DNA of 64,000 nucleotides from Pelagomonas calceolata (taxonomy: Eukaryota): assembly GCA_918797485.1 (NCBI GenBank), contig CAKKNE010000005.1, positions 2,976,001-3,040,000 of the forward strand, in the 5' to 3' direction. Positions 20,632-31,335 of the stretch are shown here, piece by piece. The notes under the pieces are model-generated. The model ran no database searches and was not told the DNA's origin. It worked only from the letters and a program-made list of their open reading frames with translations. Numbering within the stretch: position 1 is the stretch's first letter; each line of letters starts with the position of its first letter. A program made the position numbers and the translations under genes.

Positions 20632-22665
20632 TCAGTTGTGGGGCGCGTGCGGCTGCGTCGGCGCGTAGGACCCGTAGAGCATGTTCCGCTGCAGCGAGAT
20701 GTCGACGGTGGGCACTTCGCCCTCCCCAGCCTCTGGGATGCCGATGTGGACGCGATTCCCCTCGCGCGTCCACATCTCCCGCAGGCCGCCGCGCGGCATC
20801 GTCGGCCGCGCGGGCACCGGCGCGGAGAGGAATCTATAGTTGCCGCCTGCGGTGGTCGGCGCACCGAATACGCCCGTTTCCACGAGGAAGCGCAGCCGCC
20901 TCCGAGACGTGCGCAGCGTCTCCGTCGTGCCCAGCTCGGGCACGAAGACGCGAATTTCCAGGAACCCGTCCTCGAGATCGTCAACATCAGCCGCGACGGG
21001 ACTACGTTTATACACGTCAAGCGCTTTTGCGTCCGCGCCGAGCGCCGCGACGTGCAGGTCCTCGAAGTGCGGCCCGGTCCGCCAACCCCCAAACACGACG
21101 AAGAGCGGGCGCCACGGATACAAGGAACAGGCCGCGTGGAACTTGCGCGGGAGTGGGGCGGCGCCGCTGTGATTCCCCACCTCCGTCAACGGCACGACGG
21201 CGCCCTTGACCTCCGCCAGCAGCTGCATCTGCGTGTTCATCAGACCTAGTATATTTTCGCCTTTCTTCTCGGCCGCCTCCTTGCACTGCTGGAGGGCCCG
21301 CGCGCGCGCGGCTCTAGCTGCCACGACGCGTTTGCCCGCTTCCACGACCTCCTTCACGTTTAGCAACCATAGTCCGCCCATGGGCCGATGCCCGCCACCG
21401 TACAGCGCCACCGTGTGCGGCGCTACTAGTGATGCGGTGTGGTGTCTACCCGGCACATAACTACTACTCAACGCGACGAGCTGGCCGTAGCGCGGCCGTA
21501 CGCGAGACGTACCCCGTCGATACAGCGACCGCACGTCGACGGCCTGGGCGTTGCCGAACTCCTCGCACTGGTTGGGATCTTCGAGTATAGTGCCCCGCCC
21601 GCCACCGACAAAGACGACGTACGCCTGGTTGTCGTATTCCACCAGGGTAGCGGTATGGCCGTGCCGCGCCACCGCGCCCGTCGCCTCGCGCGGCTCCAGC
21701 CGGTAGTTCAGGCCGCCGCTCCTTTCATCGGTAAGCCACGTCCACGTCGCCACATCCAACAGCTGGAGGTGGTGCAGCGTCGTGCGCGTGTCCGCCGCGT
21801 GCCCCCCGAAAAACAAGACAGCACCTTCCGGAAAATCATCATGTCCAAAACATCTAGCAGGAATATACGTAGCGGTATGCGCACACCGATGCATTGGGCT
21901 GCTGTAAGTGGTGGTTGCGCGCGCCGTGTAGGCCGCGGCGGGCGCCTCGCGCGGCCCGGGCCGGACCCAGTGCACCCGCGGGTCTTCATCTGGATCGTCA
22001 TCATCTAAGACGCCGACGGCCCAGTCGTTCTGCTCGCCCGTGTAGCCGCCGCCCCCACCACCGTAGGCCACGATCAGGTGCCCCCGTCCTCCTTTGAGGA
22101 AGTTCTCCGGCGCTAGTTTGGCCGCATGGCTCGCCGACGGCTCGCAGGATCCCCCCGTGAGCCACAGCGGCGTGAGCGTTTGGGCTCCGGATCGGCGCGC
22201 GGGCCTTCCCGTCGCGGGGCAGACCTTGAAAACGGGCTTCGCACCCGCACCTCGACACAAATCGTTCAAATTCGACACGGACGTGCATCTTAAATCGGTC
22301 ATGGGACCGATCTTCGTCCAGCCCCCGTAGTTGTACAATCTTTCCCCTTTGACAGAGGCGAACATCTGCGGCGCCGCGACGCGGTCCCCGAGACAATGCG
22401 AGCGCAGCGGGCCGGCCACCCACTTCAGGAGAGATGGTGGTCGATGGCATCTTTTATAAACTTCCAACCAATCCTCCTCGTCTTCTGCGGGCCAAAAACT
22501 AACACTGAGATCATTCCGGGCCTTGGCGCGCCACCAGCCCTCGTTCTGCAGCTTGCGCCACCTTACCACAGCTTCGCTCGCCGTGCGGCAGGCCTTCCCA
22601 TCCAAAAACTTGAGGACGTGGCGGTGCACATCGTCTGAATCGATGGCTTGCTCGAGGGAACCCAT
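20632..22665 (-). CDS. F-box-like / Kelch-repeat protein
   Basis: N-terminal VHRHVLKFLD..RWR..WW; kelch-type R.AHTAT..FFGG, RHGHTAT..VGGG and RKFHAAC..VFGG. Confidence 0.7.
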   Translation of the reverse strand: MGSLEQAIDSDDVHRHVLKFLDGKACRTASEAVVRWRKLQNEGWWRAKARNDLSVSFWPAEDEEDWLEVYKRCHRPPSLLKWVAGPLRSHCLGDRVAAPQMFASVKGERLYNYGGWTKIGPMTDLRCTSVSNLNDLCRGAGAKPVFKVCPATGRPARRSGAQTLTPLWLTGGSCEPSASHAAKLAPENFLKGGRGHLIVAYGGGGGGYTGEQNDWAVGVLDDDDPDEDPRVHWVRPGPREAPAAAYTARATTTYSSPMHRCAHTATYIPARCFGHDDFPEGAVLFFGGHAADTRTTLHHLQLLDVATWTWLTDERSGGLNYRLEPREATGAVARHGHTATLVEYDNQAYVVFVGGGRGTILEDPNQCEEFGNAQAVDVRSLYRRGTSRVRPRYGQLVALSSSYVPGRHHTASLVAPHTVALYGGGHRPMGGLWLLNVKEVVEAGKRVVAARAARARALQQCKEAAEKKGENILGLMNTQMQLLAEVKGAVVPLTEVGNHSGAAPLPRKFHAACSLYPWRPLFVVFGGWRTGPHFEDLHVAALGADAKALDVYKRSPVAADVDDLEDGFLEIRVFVPELGTTETLRTSRRRLRFLVETGVFGAPTTAGGNYRFLSAPVPARPTMPRGGLREMWTREGNRVHIGIPEAGEGEVPTVDISLQRNMLYGSYAPTQPHAPHN

Positions 22666-23138
22666 TTAGAGGGGCGGGGGCGGCGCGCTGCGTCGCCGGC
22701 TGCGTCGCCTGGTTGGGGCCTATCCCACGGTGACCCGTTGGGCTGCCCCTTTGCTGCTTTTGGGGGCCGAATTGCGACGGCAATGCCCTTGCTCTGCCCC
22801 GAACGAGAAGCATATTGGAGCCAGTCGAACGCCTCTCGATCAAGCCGCCTCGCACCCTTCAGACGCATCCGGGGGGCCAAGATGGCTCTTGATTTGAGCT
22901 CGAAAAACCCGTTTTTTCGACGAGCTGGCCGGCCGGACGAAGGAAAAAAAACGGCGTTAGCGCTGCGTTTTGGCCACAGGCGAACCTGCTCGCATTCGTT
23001 CGGGACGTGCACGTTTCGAGCCTGCAACAGCTAAGGCTGTCGAATCATAACTGTGCTAAACAACAACACTGCAGCACAGTGGTGCTTTTGTGAGCCATTG
23101 ACGCCACCGCCGCGCGTTCACCAACCACTACAGACAGC

Positions 23139-23939
23139 ATGTTCATTCGCTGCGGCTGCCTCCTGCTGCTCGCACCGCTCACAACAGCCGTCCGACGGGG
23201 CCACTCTCATACACCGTTCGACCAGGACCCGTTCGTCTTCGATCCAAAAGGAAGACTGCTACAGCTCGACTACGCGGACGCGGCCGCGGCGAAGGGCGCG
23301 CCCTGCGTCGGTGTTTGTGCTAATAACATAGCGGTGCTCGCCGCGGTCAACGACAAGATCGCGGACGTCGACGCGCGGCACGCGATGACTTTTGCCGGCG
23401 TCCGCGCCGACGGTTATGCATTAGTGGACTTTGTAAGAGTCCACGCCGCGCGCGAGCGCCTGCGCCTGCCGGACGAGGCGCCGGCAACGCGGGCGCTCGC
23501 GCTCGCGCTCGCTGACGAGTGCCACACCGTATGTATAGGGGGCGGGCGCCGGGCCTACGGCTGCCGGTGCCTGCTGGCCGGTTTAAATCCGGACGGCGAG
23601 GCCTGCCTCTGGTCCGTGGGGCCCGGCGGCGACGCGCGTCATCATAAATCCGGCGTCGCGGCCGTCGGCGCCGGCGCGGCGGCCGTCGTCGAGGCGCTGC
23701 GGTCCTTCGCGCCGACGGACGCGGAGGCGGCCATTGAGGCGGCCGCGGCGGCCGTGCTCGACGCCGCAGATGATGGCCAAGTGGCGTCCGTCGTCGCGCT
23801 TTCACTAAACGCGCGCGGCCAGGCTTGTTTACGATGGGGCGCAGACCTTGGCCCTGAGGACCTCCAATCCGACGCCTGGCGCATTGCATGCCGGGAGGCG
23901 TTGGCGCCATCATCAAACGAAGACCTCGTCGTGTACTAG
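23139..23939 (+). CDS. Divergent 20S proteasome alpha-type subunit with a signal peptide (periplastid candidate)
   Basis: FDQDPFVFDPKGRLLQLDYADAAAAKG matches the alpha N-terminal signature; FAGVRADG and RRAYGCRCLLAG; N-terminal CLLLLAPLTTA. Confidence 0.75.
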   Translation: MFIRCGCLLLLAPLTTAVRRGHSHTPFDQDPFVFDPKGRLLQLDYADAAAAKGAPCVGVCANNIAVLAAVNDKIADVDARHAMTFAGVRADGYALVDFVRVHAARERLRLPDEAPATRALALALADECHTVCIGGGRRAYGCRCLLAGLNPDGEACLWSVGPGGDARHHKSGVAAVGAGAAAVVEALRSFAPTDAEAAIEAAAAAVLDAADDGQVASVVALSLNARGQACLRWGADLGPEDLQSDAWRIACREALAPSSNEDLVVY

Positions 23940-23953
23940 TAACAATGTTGTGC

Positions 23954-24322
23954 TTACTCCTTCCGCCAGAGCGCCTTGAGCGTGCCCGTGATGCCCGGGC
24001 CCTCGACGTTCAGCTTCGTCAGGCCGAGCATCGTGAAACCCGTGACGCCGACCATGACGGCGCGCGCCGGGCCGACGGCGGCCTTGGAGAAGAGCTTGGG
24101 CACGTAGTCCGTAATGACATAATTCATGCCGATGTGGCCGTGGAGCGGGAACATGATTGCCAAACCCATGTCCACGGGGAAGGACAGGAACGTGTTGTCT
24201 GTGGCCAGCGCCACGGGCGTCGCGCCGAGCAGCGCGAGGTTCACGCGGTGGTAGACCTTGACCGCGAGGCCGACCTCGGCGTCGGCGGCGATGAACTTGC
24301 CTAGGGCTCCGCCCATGGACAT
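23954..24322 (-). CDS. SDH4: Succinate dehydrogenase cytochrome b small membrane anchor (CybS)
   Basis: HGHIGMNYVITDYVP motif, three TM helices, G.G...LKALW end. Confidence 0.85.
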   Translation of the reverse strand: MSMGGALGKFIAADAEVGLAVKVYHRVNLALLGATPVALATDNTFLSFPVDMGLAIMFPLHGHIGMNYVITDYVPKLFSKAAVGPARAVMVGVTGFTMLGLTKLNVEGPGITGTLKALWRKE

Positions 24323-24550
24323 GTTTTCGCTGTCGTTTTACGCGTTACAGCGGCGGTTTTTTAGCGCTGAGACGATTTTTGTTGCCTGGCTTGGAGACAG
24401 CTGTTTTTGGCGTCTCGAGCGCGGTTTGACGCGCCGCGCGAAGCTGCGGTGGCTGAGAGTAGTTATAGTGGGCTCCTGTACGTCCTCACGCGTTCAGATT
24501 CCGCTCCTGTAAGCCGCACGCGGCGTTCTTCTTTCTTCGAGGAAGACACC

Positions 24551-24574
24551 GCTAGTGTCTTACAGGCCGCTAGC
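24551..24574 (-). promoter_or_regulatory. 24-bp intergenic motif copy
   Basis: Exact reverse complement of the consensus, between divergent genes. Confidence 0.65.
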
Positions 24575-24697
24575 TAAGGCGACCGCAAATGCTGTGTGCG
24601 CTGCACGTTTGCTCTTTCACGCCGTCGACATACATTTTAAGCATCCATTCAAAGCCTGCGTAGCGCTGTGGAAGCATAAGCTGCGTAGCGCCTCTCA

Positions 24698-24804
24698 GCT
24701 TCAAAAGGCAAAACCAACAGCATTACAGCACCAGCCCCGACGCCGTCGCCGCGCTTCAAAAGGCAAAACCAACCGCATTACAGCAAACCCAGACGCCGTC
24801 GACG
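24698..24804. repeat. 55-bp tandem duplication in a 5' region
   Basis: gcttcaaaaggcaaaaccaac(a/c)gcattacagca..gacgccgtcg occurs twice. Confidence 0.9.
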
Positions 24805-24817
24805 CTAAAACAAGAAA

Positions 24818-25761
24818 ATGCCGAGCGCCTTGGAATTAGCCGGCAGCGCCCACCGCGCGACGAGCCCAGCCTTCAAGCTCCACGCCATGTTAGCATGTCT
24901 ACAAATCGCGCTCGTGACCTGGATTTGTAGGGCCGCGGACATCTGGCGCAGCAAGCGCACGTCCGAACAGTTCCCGGGCCACCTGGGGCCTTCCGTCTTC
25001 ATCGCGGCCATCGGCGTCAGCGCGCTGACGGCGGAGTGGCCGTGGCGGACGCGGGCCGCGATCGAGGGCAAGCTCTCGATGTGGGGCGGCGGCTCCTACG
25101 TCGCGGGCGAGGCTGTGAATAGATTGCTCGAGGGCGTGCACTCTCAAAGTGCTCTCAAACATTATTTGAGACACGGGCTGCACGCGTGGATGTCGCTCTT
25201 CGTTTTTTGTTTGGGATTGGCCTTCCTCCAGGCGTCCAAGCTCGAGGGCGCGGCGGGAGCGCGGCTGGCCCGCGCGCCGCACGCGTGGTTCGCGAGCGCG
25301 TTGGTTTTCGGCGTCCCTTGTCCTATCAGTACGCCATTGCCGCGACTCGAGTATCACACAGGTGGGGCTGGTTCATCTGGGCGCACAAGCAGCCGAACAA
25401 CTTCGGCGTGGCGATGCACGCCTGCACGTCGATCTGGATCGCCATGGGCGCGCTGCTGCGCGTGTTTGGGGAGCGGAACCGGCCGCCGCGCGAGGCCGGC
25501 GCGTGCTACGTCTTCGCGGCCTACGCGTTCTTCGGCGGGCAGATGGGCCTGACGCTCACGGCCGAGGCGTCGCACGTCGACGTGGGCGCCTACGTCGTGA
25601 TCTGGCACATCCTGCCCTGCTGCTGGCTCCTGGCGTACGTCCGGCTCTTCCTCGCGCGCGCGCCGGCGGACGGCTACGGCGCCGTGGCTACTTTGGACGA
25701 CGAGGCGCCGGGGATTGATCCGGACGACCGACCCGCGTCCCGGGGATCGATCATGCTCTAG
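24818..25761 (+). CDS. Multi-pass His-containing membrane protein (YTP1/DUF716-like), intron ~25300-25361
   Basis: Two hydrophobic ORFs joined by a short intron ending CACACAG; conserved-looking His in WAHKQP..AMH; donor site uncertain. Confidence 0.55.
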
Positions 25762-25834
25762 GTATCTTAATCTGAATTCGATCATGATCTAATTACTCGC
25801 GGCCGCGGCGACCGCGTCGAGGGGCGCCAGGACC

Positions 25835-26473
25835 TTATCGAGCTCTATAGACCTTCCTTGACACCTTCGTAGGGTCCTCCAACGGGTTGCTCCACGTCGT
25901 GCGCTTCGCGTTGTGGTCGACGAAGAACTCCCGGCCCGTTTTCGACTCGACACGCGACTCCCAGCCCGTGGGGAGCGATCGGCCCGGCGACATCACGCCG
26001 TCGCGTTTCTCCGTCGGCGCGTGGTTGTCGACGTCGCCGTACTTCGGTGGAGCAATCCGCTTCTGGTGCGCGGCCGGGTCGAGCAAGTTCTCGATCAGCT
26101 GGGCCTTCGGCACCGAGTTCCTGGTGCCCACGCAGCGGCAGAGCTCCTTGAGCTGCGAGACGGTCAGCGCGCCGAGGCGTTCGCGCGTCGCCCCCGTCAG
26201 CAGCTTGAGAACACGTTCCTTCGTCGGGCGGGCCACCTTTGGCGGCGGGGCGAACGGGTCGGCGCCGTCGTCGTCGCGGTGCCACCGGCGCAGCGCGTCC
26301 GCGGCCTTCGTCAGCGCCTGGCCCCAGGGCGTGAGCAGCACAGCACCGCGCTCGGCCCGCTTCTCGGCCCTCAACGATTGCAGCTTCTGCGGCGCGGGCG
26401 CGTCGTCGCGGGGGCGCTTGCTGCCCGAGTGTTGGGCAGCCGTGTTGGCTTTGCTGCTGAAGACGCCGCCCAT
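25835..26473 (-). CDS. SAP-domain + WW-domain protein with a possible N-myristoylation site
   Basis: MGGVFSS; LTVSQLKELCR..G..KAQLIENL; LPTGWESRV..TGREFFVDHNAKRTTWSNP. Confidence 0.8.
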   Translation of the reverse strand: MGGVFSSKANTAAQHSGSKRPRDDAPAPQKLQSLRAEKRAERGAVLLTPWGQALTKAADALRRWHRDDDGADPFAPPPKVARPTKERVLKLLTGATRERLGALTVSQLKELCRCVGTRNSVPKAQLIENLLDPAAHQKRIAPPKYGDVDNHAPTEKRDGVMSPGRSLPTGWESRVESKTGREFFVDHNAKRTTWSNPLEDPTKVSRKVYRAR

Positions 26474-26664
26474 CGTGCACCGTCCCTGTGACCGCGCCTG
26501 TTCGATGGCGTGAGCCGGGACGCACTATGGGCAGCCAAAAACTTCGGCTGCCATCCAGCAAAAAATTCACAACGTCAATTGTGAGAGGCTTCGAATCCCC
26601 CATGGATGCTTCCATTACGACCCCGTGCCCATGCTTAGACGTATGGCAAGCCAGAAGGGCGGTT

Positions 26665-26687
26665 TCTAGTGTGTTAGATGCCCTAGC
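26665..26687 (-). promoter_or_regulatory. 24-bp intergenic motif, degenerate copy
   Basis: Reverse complement GCTAGGGCATCTAACACACTAGA between divergent genes. Confidence 0.4.
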
Positions 26688-26826
26688 TCGGCTGGGTTTG
26701 CCCTCTCCAAAAGCCTTTGCACAGCTTGCTCGCGGCGCTGGACCTCCAGTGCCTGCCTGCCAATACTAGACGTGCTTTCGACACCCAAATTTGCTGTAGC
26801 AAGCGGTGAAACTCACGACAAAAATA

Positions 26827-27039
26827 ATGGCCAGCATTGGGGCTCGCCTCTCAGCTTGTGCGCTGGGTTTTGCTGCAGGCAGTGTAGCCTCCTGGAAGCT
26901 CCTGAACGACGAGATCAAGCGGACGACCGCTGTGCAAGTCGCCGCGCTCTCCGCAGCTGTGCCGGCGCCGCCGCCGCCGCCGCCGATCATCGAGACACCT
27001 GCTCCGGAACCCGCGCCTGCGGAATCATCGTCGTCCTGA
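26827..27039 (+). CDS. Small single-TM protein (70 aa), possibly mitochondrial
   Basis: MASIGARLSACALGFAAGSVASWKLL..; its stop lies 1 nt before the next ATG. Confidence 0.55.
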   Translation: MASIGARLSACALGFAAGSVASWKLLNDEIKRTTAVQVAALSAAVPAPPPPPPIIETPAPEPAPAESSSS

Positions 27040-27040
27040 G

Positions 27041-27917
27041 ATGAAGACCCGCACTCAGCGCAAATATCTCGACCGAATGCCGCCCGAGATCGTGCGCGCG
27101 GTGCTGTCTTGCGTGCGGCCGGCCGACGCTGCCGCTGGCGCGCTGCGCGAAGCATTGGCGCGAGGCCTATCTGTCGAACGAAGCTGTGTGGAAGCAGTGG
27201 TACCTCGCGGACTTTGGGCCGTTCCCGTGGGCCGGAGCGCCGGATTGGCTCGAGGGCTACCGTTGGCTCGAACGGTACCGAAGCGCGTGGACTCTGCGAA
27301 TCGAACCGGGCGTGGGCGCACTGGGCCTCGCCATTGGAGCGGACTTCTCCGCGTACAGTCCTCGCGGTCATCCGGACAGTGGAGAAATGTCTGAGTTGGA
27401 AGAAGAAGAGGAGTTCCATCGGCGAGGCCGCCTCACCGTACGCAATATGGGAGATGAGCGCGACTCGGACGATTCATCGGACGCCGATGATTCGTCCGAC
27501 GACGCGCTCGACCTCAAGTACTGCTTGCATTACGACGATGCTGAAGACTATGATGGAGGTGCTGTGGATCCCAACGAGATCAACGTGGGCGTCTACCTGT
27601 CAGAAAACGAAGACAATCGCATAGACACCGTCGTCGCGTATTGCAATCATGGCTCCCTCTTCGACCCGGCGCGCCCATGGCTCAATCGCGCTGGGTTACG
27701 CCCGGGTTCCACGCTCCGACAGATGCTCGCAGCGTTCAGGTTGACCATAGACGACGTCGAGTGCCACGGAAACAATTACACCGGGCCGATCTGCTCCCTT
27801 GATAGTGTCGATGGGCTTCGATTCGGGCTTGACAATGAGGAGAATTGGGAAGATGACGACGTGGCGGAGAGCTGGAATGACTTCGAGATACTTATGTTCT
27901 TCGTACATGACGACTAG
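27041..27917 (+). pseudogene. F-box protein gene with a frameshift at ~27128 (pseudogene or sequencing error)
   Basis: F-box LDRMPPEIVRAVLSCVRPAD continues in the +1 frame as LPLARCAKHWREAYLSNEAVWKQW. Confidence 0.7.
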
Positions 27918-27948
27918 GAGTAACTTTTATGATCGCATGCGTCTCCGC

Positions 27949-28103
27949 CGATGTTACGGTGCTAGGACTAGTGGGCGGAGCCCCTGCCCAGGGCTGGGGG
28001 GGAGACACCGCGCGTCGCCGATTCATCGGCGGCGGGCGCGGGCCGCTTCTTTCATAACAGCGTACCTCCTTCTAAGCAGAACCGCCTCGGCAAACCCCCC
28101 CCG
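27949..28103. repeat. ~155-bp dispersed non-coding element, copy A
   Basis: Near-identical reverse complement of 44874-45026. Confidence 0.93.
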
Positions 28104-28248
28104 TCGCATGCGTCGGCGTGTTGTTTCCCATTACGTTCCTTGTAGATTTCGGCGTACAAGCCCAACATTGGCAGCATGAGATCCTCCCTATCAAAGGCGG
28201 CATCAATCGCTGGTGTATTATTATTATTCTCGAGGCCTTCGGAACTCA

Positions 28249-28272
28249 GCTAGCGTCCAGTAAGACACTAGC
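28249..28272 (+). promoter_or_regulatory. 24-bp intergenic motif copy
   Basis: GCTAGCGTCCAGTAAGACACTAGC. Confidence 0.65.
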
Positions 28273-28483
28273 AAGCAGCCAAGGAGACGAAGTTGGCCCA
28301 AAACGACCGATAACTGCGCCCAAATTGGTTACTCTGCGTCGCGGCTGACACAGCCCTTCATACCCGTATTGTCCAAGCCAGGTCGCTACGGTCGCGCCGG
28401 TCGGGCAAGTGCTAGCCGATTGCTGCTCAAGTGCTGCTCGTCCTGGCCAATCCTCAAGCGCTGTCAGCCTCTAACGACTAGCG

Positions 28484-30529
28484 ATGGAGGCCACGGGCAG
28501 CAGCCGCAGAAGGTCTCGCGCGGCGCCGAAGCCCGCGCCGCCGCCCGACGATCCGCCGAAATGGCTGAAGAGGAACGGTACCGACTTTCCCGGGCTTGTT
28601 GTGGCCCACGTCATCCGATTACTAGAAGAGATGGAGGGCAAGACACAACAAACACCACGGAGAACTAGAGCCAAGTCGTATCTAGAGATACTAAAAAACG
28701 AGGATCCCGCCGCGCGGAGCTGCGACAACTTATCAAAAACACAAATAGTTAAAAAGCTGGAGGACTGCGTCGAGGCCTTTTGGGAGACCTACGACGACGC
28801 CATGGACAAATTTCAAGCGCAAGATCAAGTCGCGCCGCCGAAACCCAAGGACCCGCCGCAAGGGCTGCTGCGGCAGGGCAACACCTTCGCCAGTCTTGGG
28901 CAAAGAGCCTTCCAGACTTTATTAGCAAACGAGGCCAACAAACAGAAAACGGCCGCGTCGTATTCACAGACGCTCAAGAGCTCGGACCCCGACGCGCGCA
29001 GCAGCGACGGTCTATCAAAAACAGAAATAGAAAAAAAGCTGACGAACTGCGTCAAAGCCTACTGGAAGACCTACGACGACGCCATGGACAAATTTCAAGC
29101 GCAAGATCAAGTCGCGGCGCCGAAGCCCGCGGCGCCGAAGCCCGCGGCGCCGAAGCCGGCGGAGCCGCCCGACTGGCTGGAGCGCGAGGGCACCGACTTT
29201 CCCGGGCTTGAGAAGCAGCAGGTCATCCGTTTACTAGAAGAGATTGAGGGCACGACACAACAAAAGCCACGGAGAAACAGAGCCGAGTCGTATCTAGAGA
29301 TACTCAAAAACGAGGATCCCGCCGCGCGGAGCTGCGATGGCTTCTCAAAAACGCAAATAGTTAAAAAGCTGAACGACTGCGTCGAGGCCTTCTGGGAGAC
29401 CTACGACGACGCCATGGACAAATTTCAGGCGCCAGATGTCGAAGAGCGGCGGTTGATCGGTACGCCTTCGAACACGCGCGACGACGAGGAAGCGGCGACC
29501 GATCTGCTCGCGCGGCTGCAGCAGCGCCTGGCCGACTCCGAATGTGCCATAGACGGGGACGACCGTTTTGCTAGGGTACGCGAGAAATCGGCCCAGCAAC
29601 TTCTGTCAGTTGCTAGGGTACGCGAGAAATCGGCCCAGCAACTTCTGTCAGAGTTATGTTCATCATCAGATCGCGTCGACCGCCTACTAGAGGGTGGTAG
29701 ACTTGCGTCGACCGGAAGAGAAGATAAAGAAAGGGGAGAGGTCTTGGCGCTTGTCGCTCCTTTTGGAAATAGCCTGTACTCAAGGTGGAACCTGGATTTC
29801 AAGGAGCACCACGGGGTCGATCCTACAGCAGATGATGTCAAGGCGTGGCTCGAAGGCAAGGTCGAGGCGCTGGACTACGTCGACGCGGCGACGCGCGGGA
29901 CGTGGAGCAAGGCCATCGACGAGGTGAAGGTGGCGACGACGAAACTAGCGACGCCGACCCCTGAGAACCCTATGGTGGGCCGGGGAGGTGACTGCGACGG
30001 CTGCCAGAATATCCTCGCTGCGTTGGGGCGCGGCCGAACGTGCATCCCCGAGCACGCTTCTAGAGCTAGGTTCGCGTGCACGTGCACGAATCGCCCTATT
30101 CCTGAGAGTGTGGCGCTCGAGCCTGAACAAGTGTTGCTGCGCGCGTCCGACGCGGCGACCGATAAGCTAAAGGAACTCGCCGTGGAACATCTGCAAGCGC
30201 TGAAGCACGACAGTAAATTGGAGGAGTATCTGCGAGCGCGGGCGGTATTTGTAGTCGCGCAAGAGAGGATGAGGAGTTCTTGGAAAGGCCGTCGTGGACA
30301 TGAACTACACCCAAATCAAAATGCCGAGAATGCGGCTCGTGGACACGCTGCAGTTAGGAGGGCCGCGCTCGGTCGCGAGAGGTATTCCCTGGCCGAGCGG
30401 AACCTCGACCCCTTCAGCCGCCGCTGTCGCGTCGTGACGCGGAAGCTGAAGAGCACGGTCCGGATCCGGGACTACACGCGGTTCGTCGACGAGACGGACT
30501 ACACTCGGCTCAAAGATAAGACCGACTGA
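28484..30529 (+). CDS. Hypothetical protein with three ~90-aa internal repeats
   Basis: SY..ILK..DP.ARS.D.LSKT.I.KKL..CV.A.W.TYDDAMDKFQA x3; 42-bp tandem duplication at 29568-29651. Confidence 0.65.
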   Translation: MEATGSSRRRSRAAPKPAPPPDDPPKWLKRNGTDFPGLVVAHVIRLLEEMEGKTQQTPRRTRAKSYLEILKNEDPAARSCDNLSKTQIVKKLEDCVEAFWETYDDAMDKFQAQDQVAPPKPKDPPQGLLRQGNTFASLGQRAFQTLLANEANKQKTAASYSQTLKSSDPDARSSDGLSKTEIEKKLTNCVKAYWKTYDDAMDKFQAQDQVAAPKPAAPKPAAPKPAEPPDWLEREGTDFPGLEKQQVIRLLEEIEGTTQQKPRRNRAESYLEILKNEDPAARSCDGFSKTQIVKKLNDCVEAFWETYDDAMDKFQAPDVEERRLIGTPSNTRDDEEAATDLLARLQQRLADSECAIDGDDRFARVREKSAQQLLSVARVREKSAQQLLSELCSSSDRVDRLLEGGRLASTGREDKERGEVLALVAPFGNSLYSRWNLDFKEHHGVDPTADDVKAWLEGKVEALDYVDAATRGTWSKAIDEVKVATTKLATPTPENPMVGRGGDCDGCQNILAALGRGRTCIPEHASRARFACTCTNRPIPESVALEPEQVLLRASDAATDKLKELAVEHLQALKHDSKLEEYLRARAVFVVAQERMRSSWKGRRGHELHPNQNAENAARGHAAVRRAALGRERYSLAERNLDPFSRRCRVVTRKLKSTVRIRDYTRFVDETDYTRLKDKTD

Positions 30530-30604
30530 CAACGCTCTGCGGGGCGGGCCAGCCGCTCTCTAGTAGGCTTGTTATAAGTTCTTGTTACTGTCTCCGGAGG
30601 AGGA

Positions 30605-30985
30605 CTAGATGGCCCCCTTTCCGCCAGTGATCCCGGAGCACGAGAGCCGGTGAGTGATATAATCGGCGTTCGCACATTCCGGGCCGCAGTACCGACGAAT
30701 GCGACACGTGTTGCAGACGGGGAACGGCCGCTCGGAGAGCTCGCCCTGCAGGCCGCAGACGTCGCAGCGCCGCCGCGCGAGACGCGCCGCCTCCGCCGCG
30801 TCCGCGTCTGCGCGCGGGAGCGGAACGATTCGCGAAGGCGGCGGCGGCGCGCGCGTCGAAACAGGCGGCGGCGGCACGTCGACCCGGCCGGGCGCTTGGC
30901 GCGGAGCCGTGGCCGCAGGCCCTTCCGCGGCCTCGGGCGGCGGCGAATGCACCGCGCGTCGCCTCGCGAGGAGCAAAATTGACAT
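30605..30985 (-). CDS. MYND-type zinc-finger protein (start uncertain)
   Basis: CDVC...CNTC..RYCGPEC..ADY..HRLSC. Confidence 0.7.
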   Translation of the reverse strand: MSILLLARRRAVHSPPPEAAEGPAATAPRQAPGRVDVPPPPVSTRAPPPPSRIVPLPRADADAAEAARLARRRCDVCGLQGELSERPFPVCNTCRIRRYCGPECANADYITHRLSCSGITGGKGAI

Positions 30986-31335
30986 GTAAAACCTGTTTTG
31001 CCAAGGCGTTTTCAGCCGGACCAACAGACGGTACGCCTCTCGCGGAGTTCGATCCACGAGGCGTCTTCGCTGAATTTTGCGTCAGATAGATCACTCTATT
31101 TTTTCGTCAAAACGGGTTTTCCAGCGCGATTGTGCCTTTACGCCCTGACCACGCATTGACAATCGCCCGAGCCACGAGACTAGTCTCGTAAGGCCCACGC
31201 GTCAGCACTCCAACGCTCCGAACCCTTTGCATCGACTCCCAGTGACGAGTCAAAAACCATCTCCCTGAGCACTGTGCAAATTGGCGGACCGCAATCCATT
31301 CAAGGGGCTCTGGTCGATAAAATAGACATACGACG

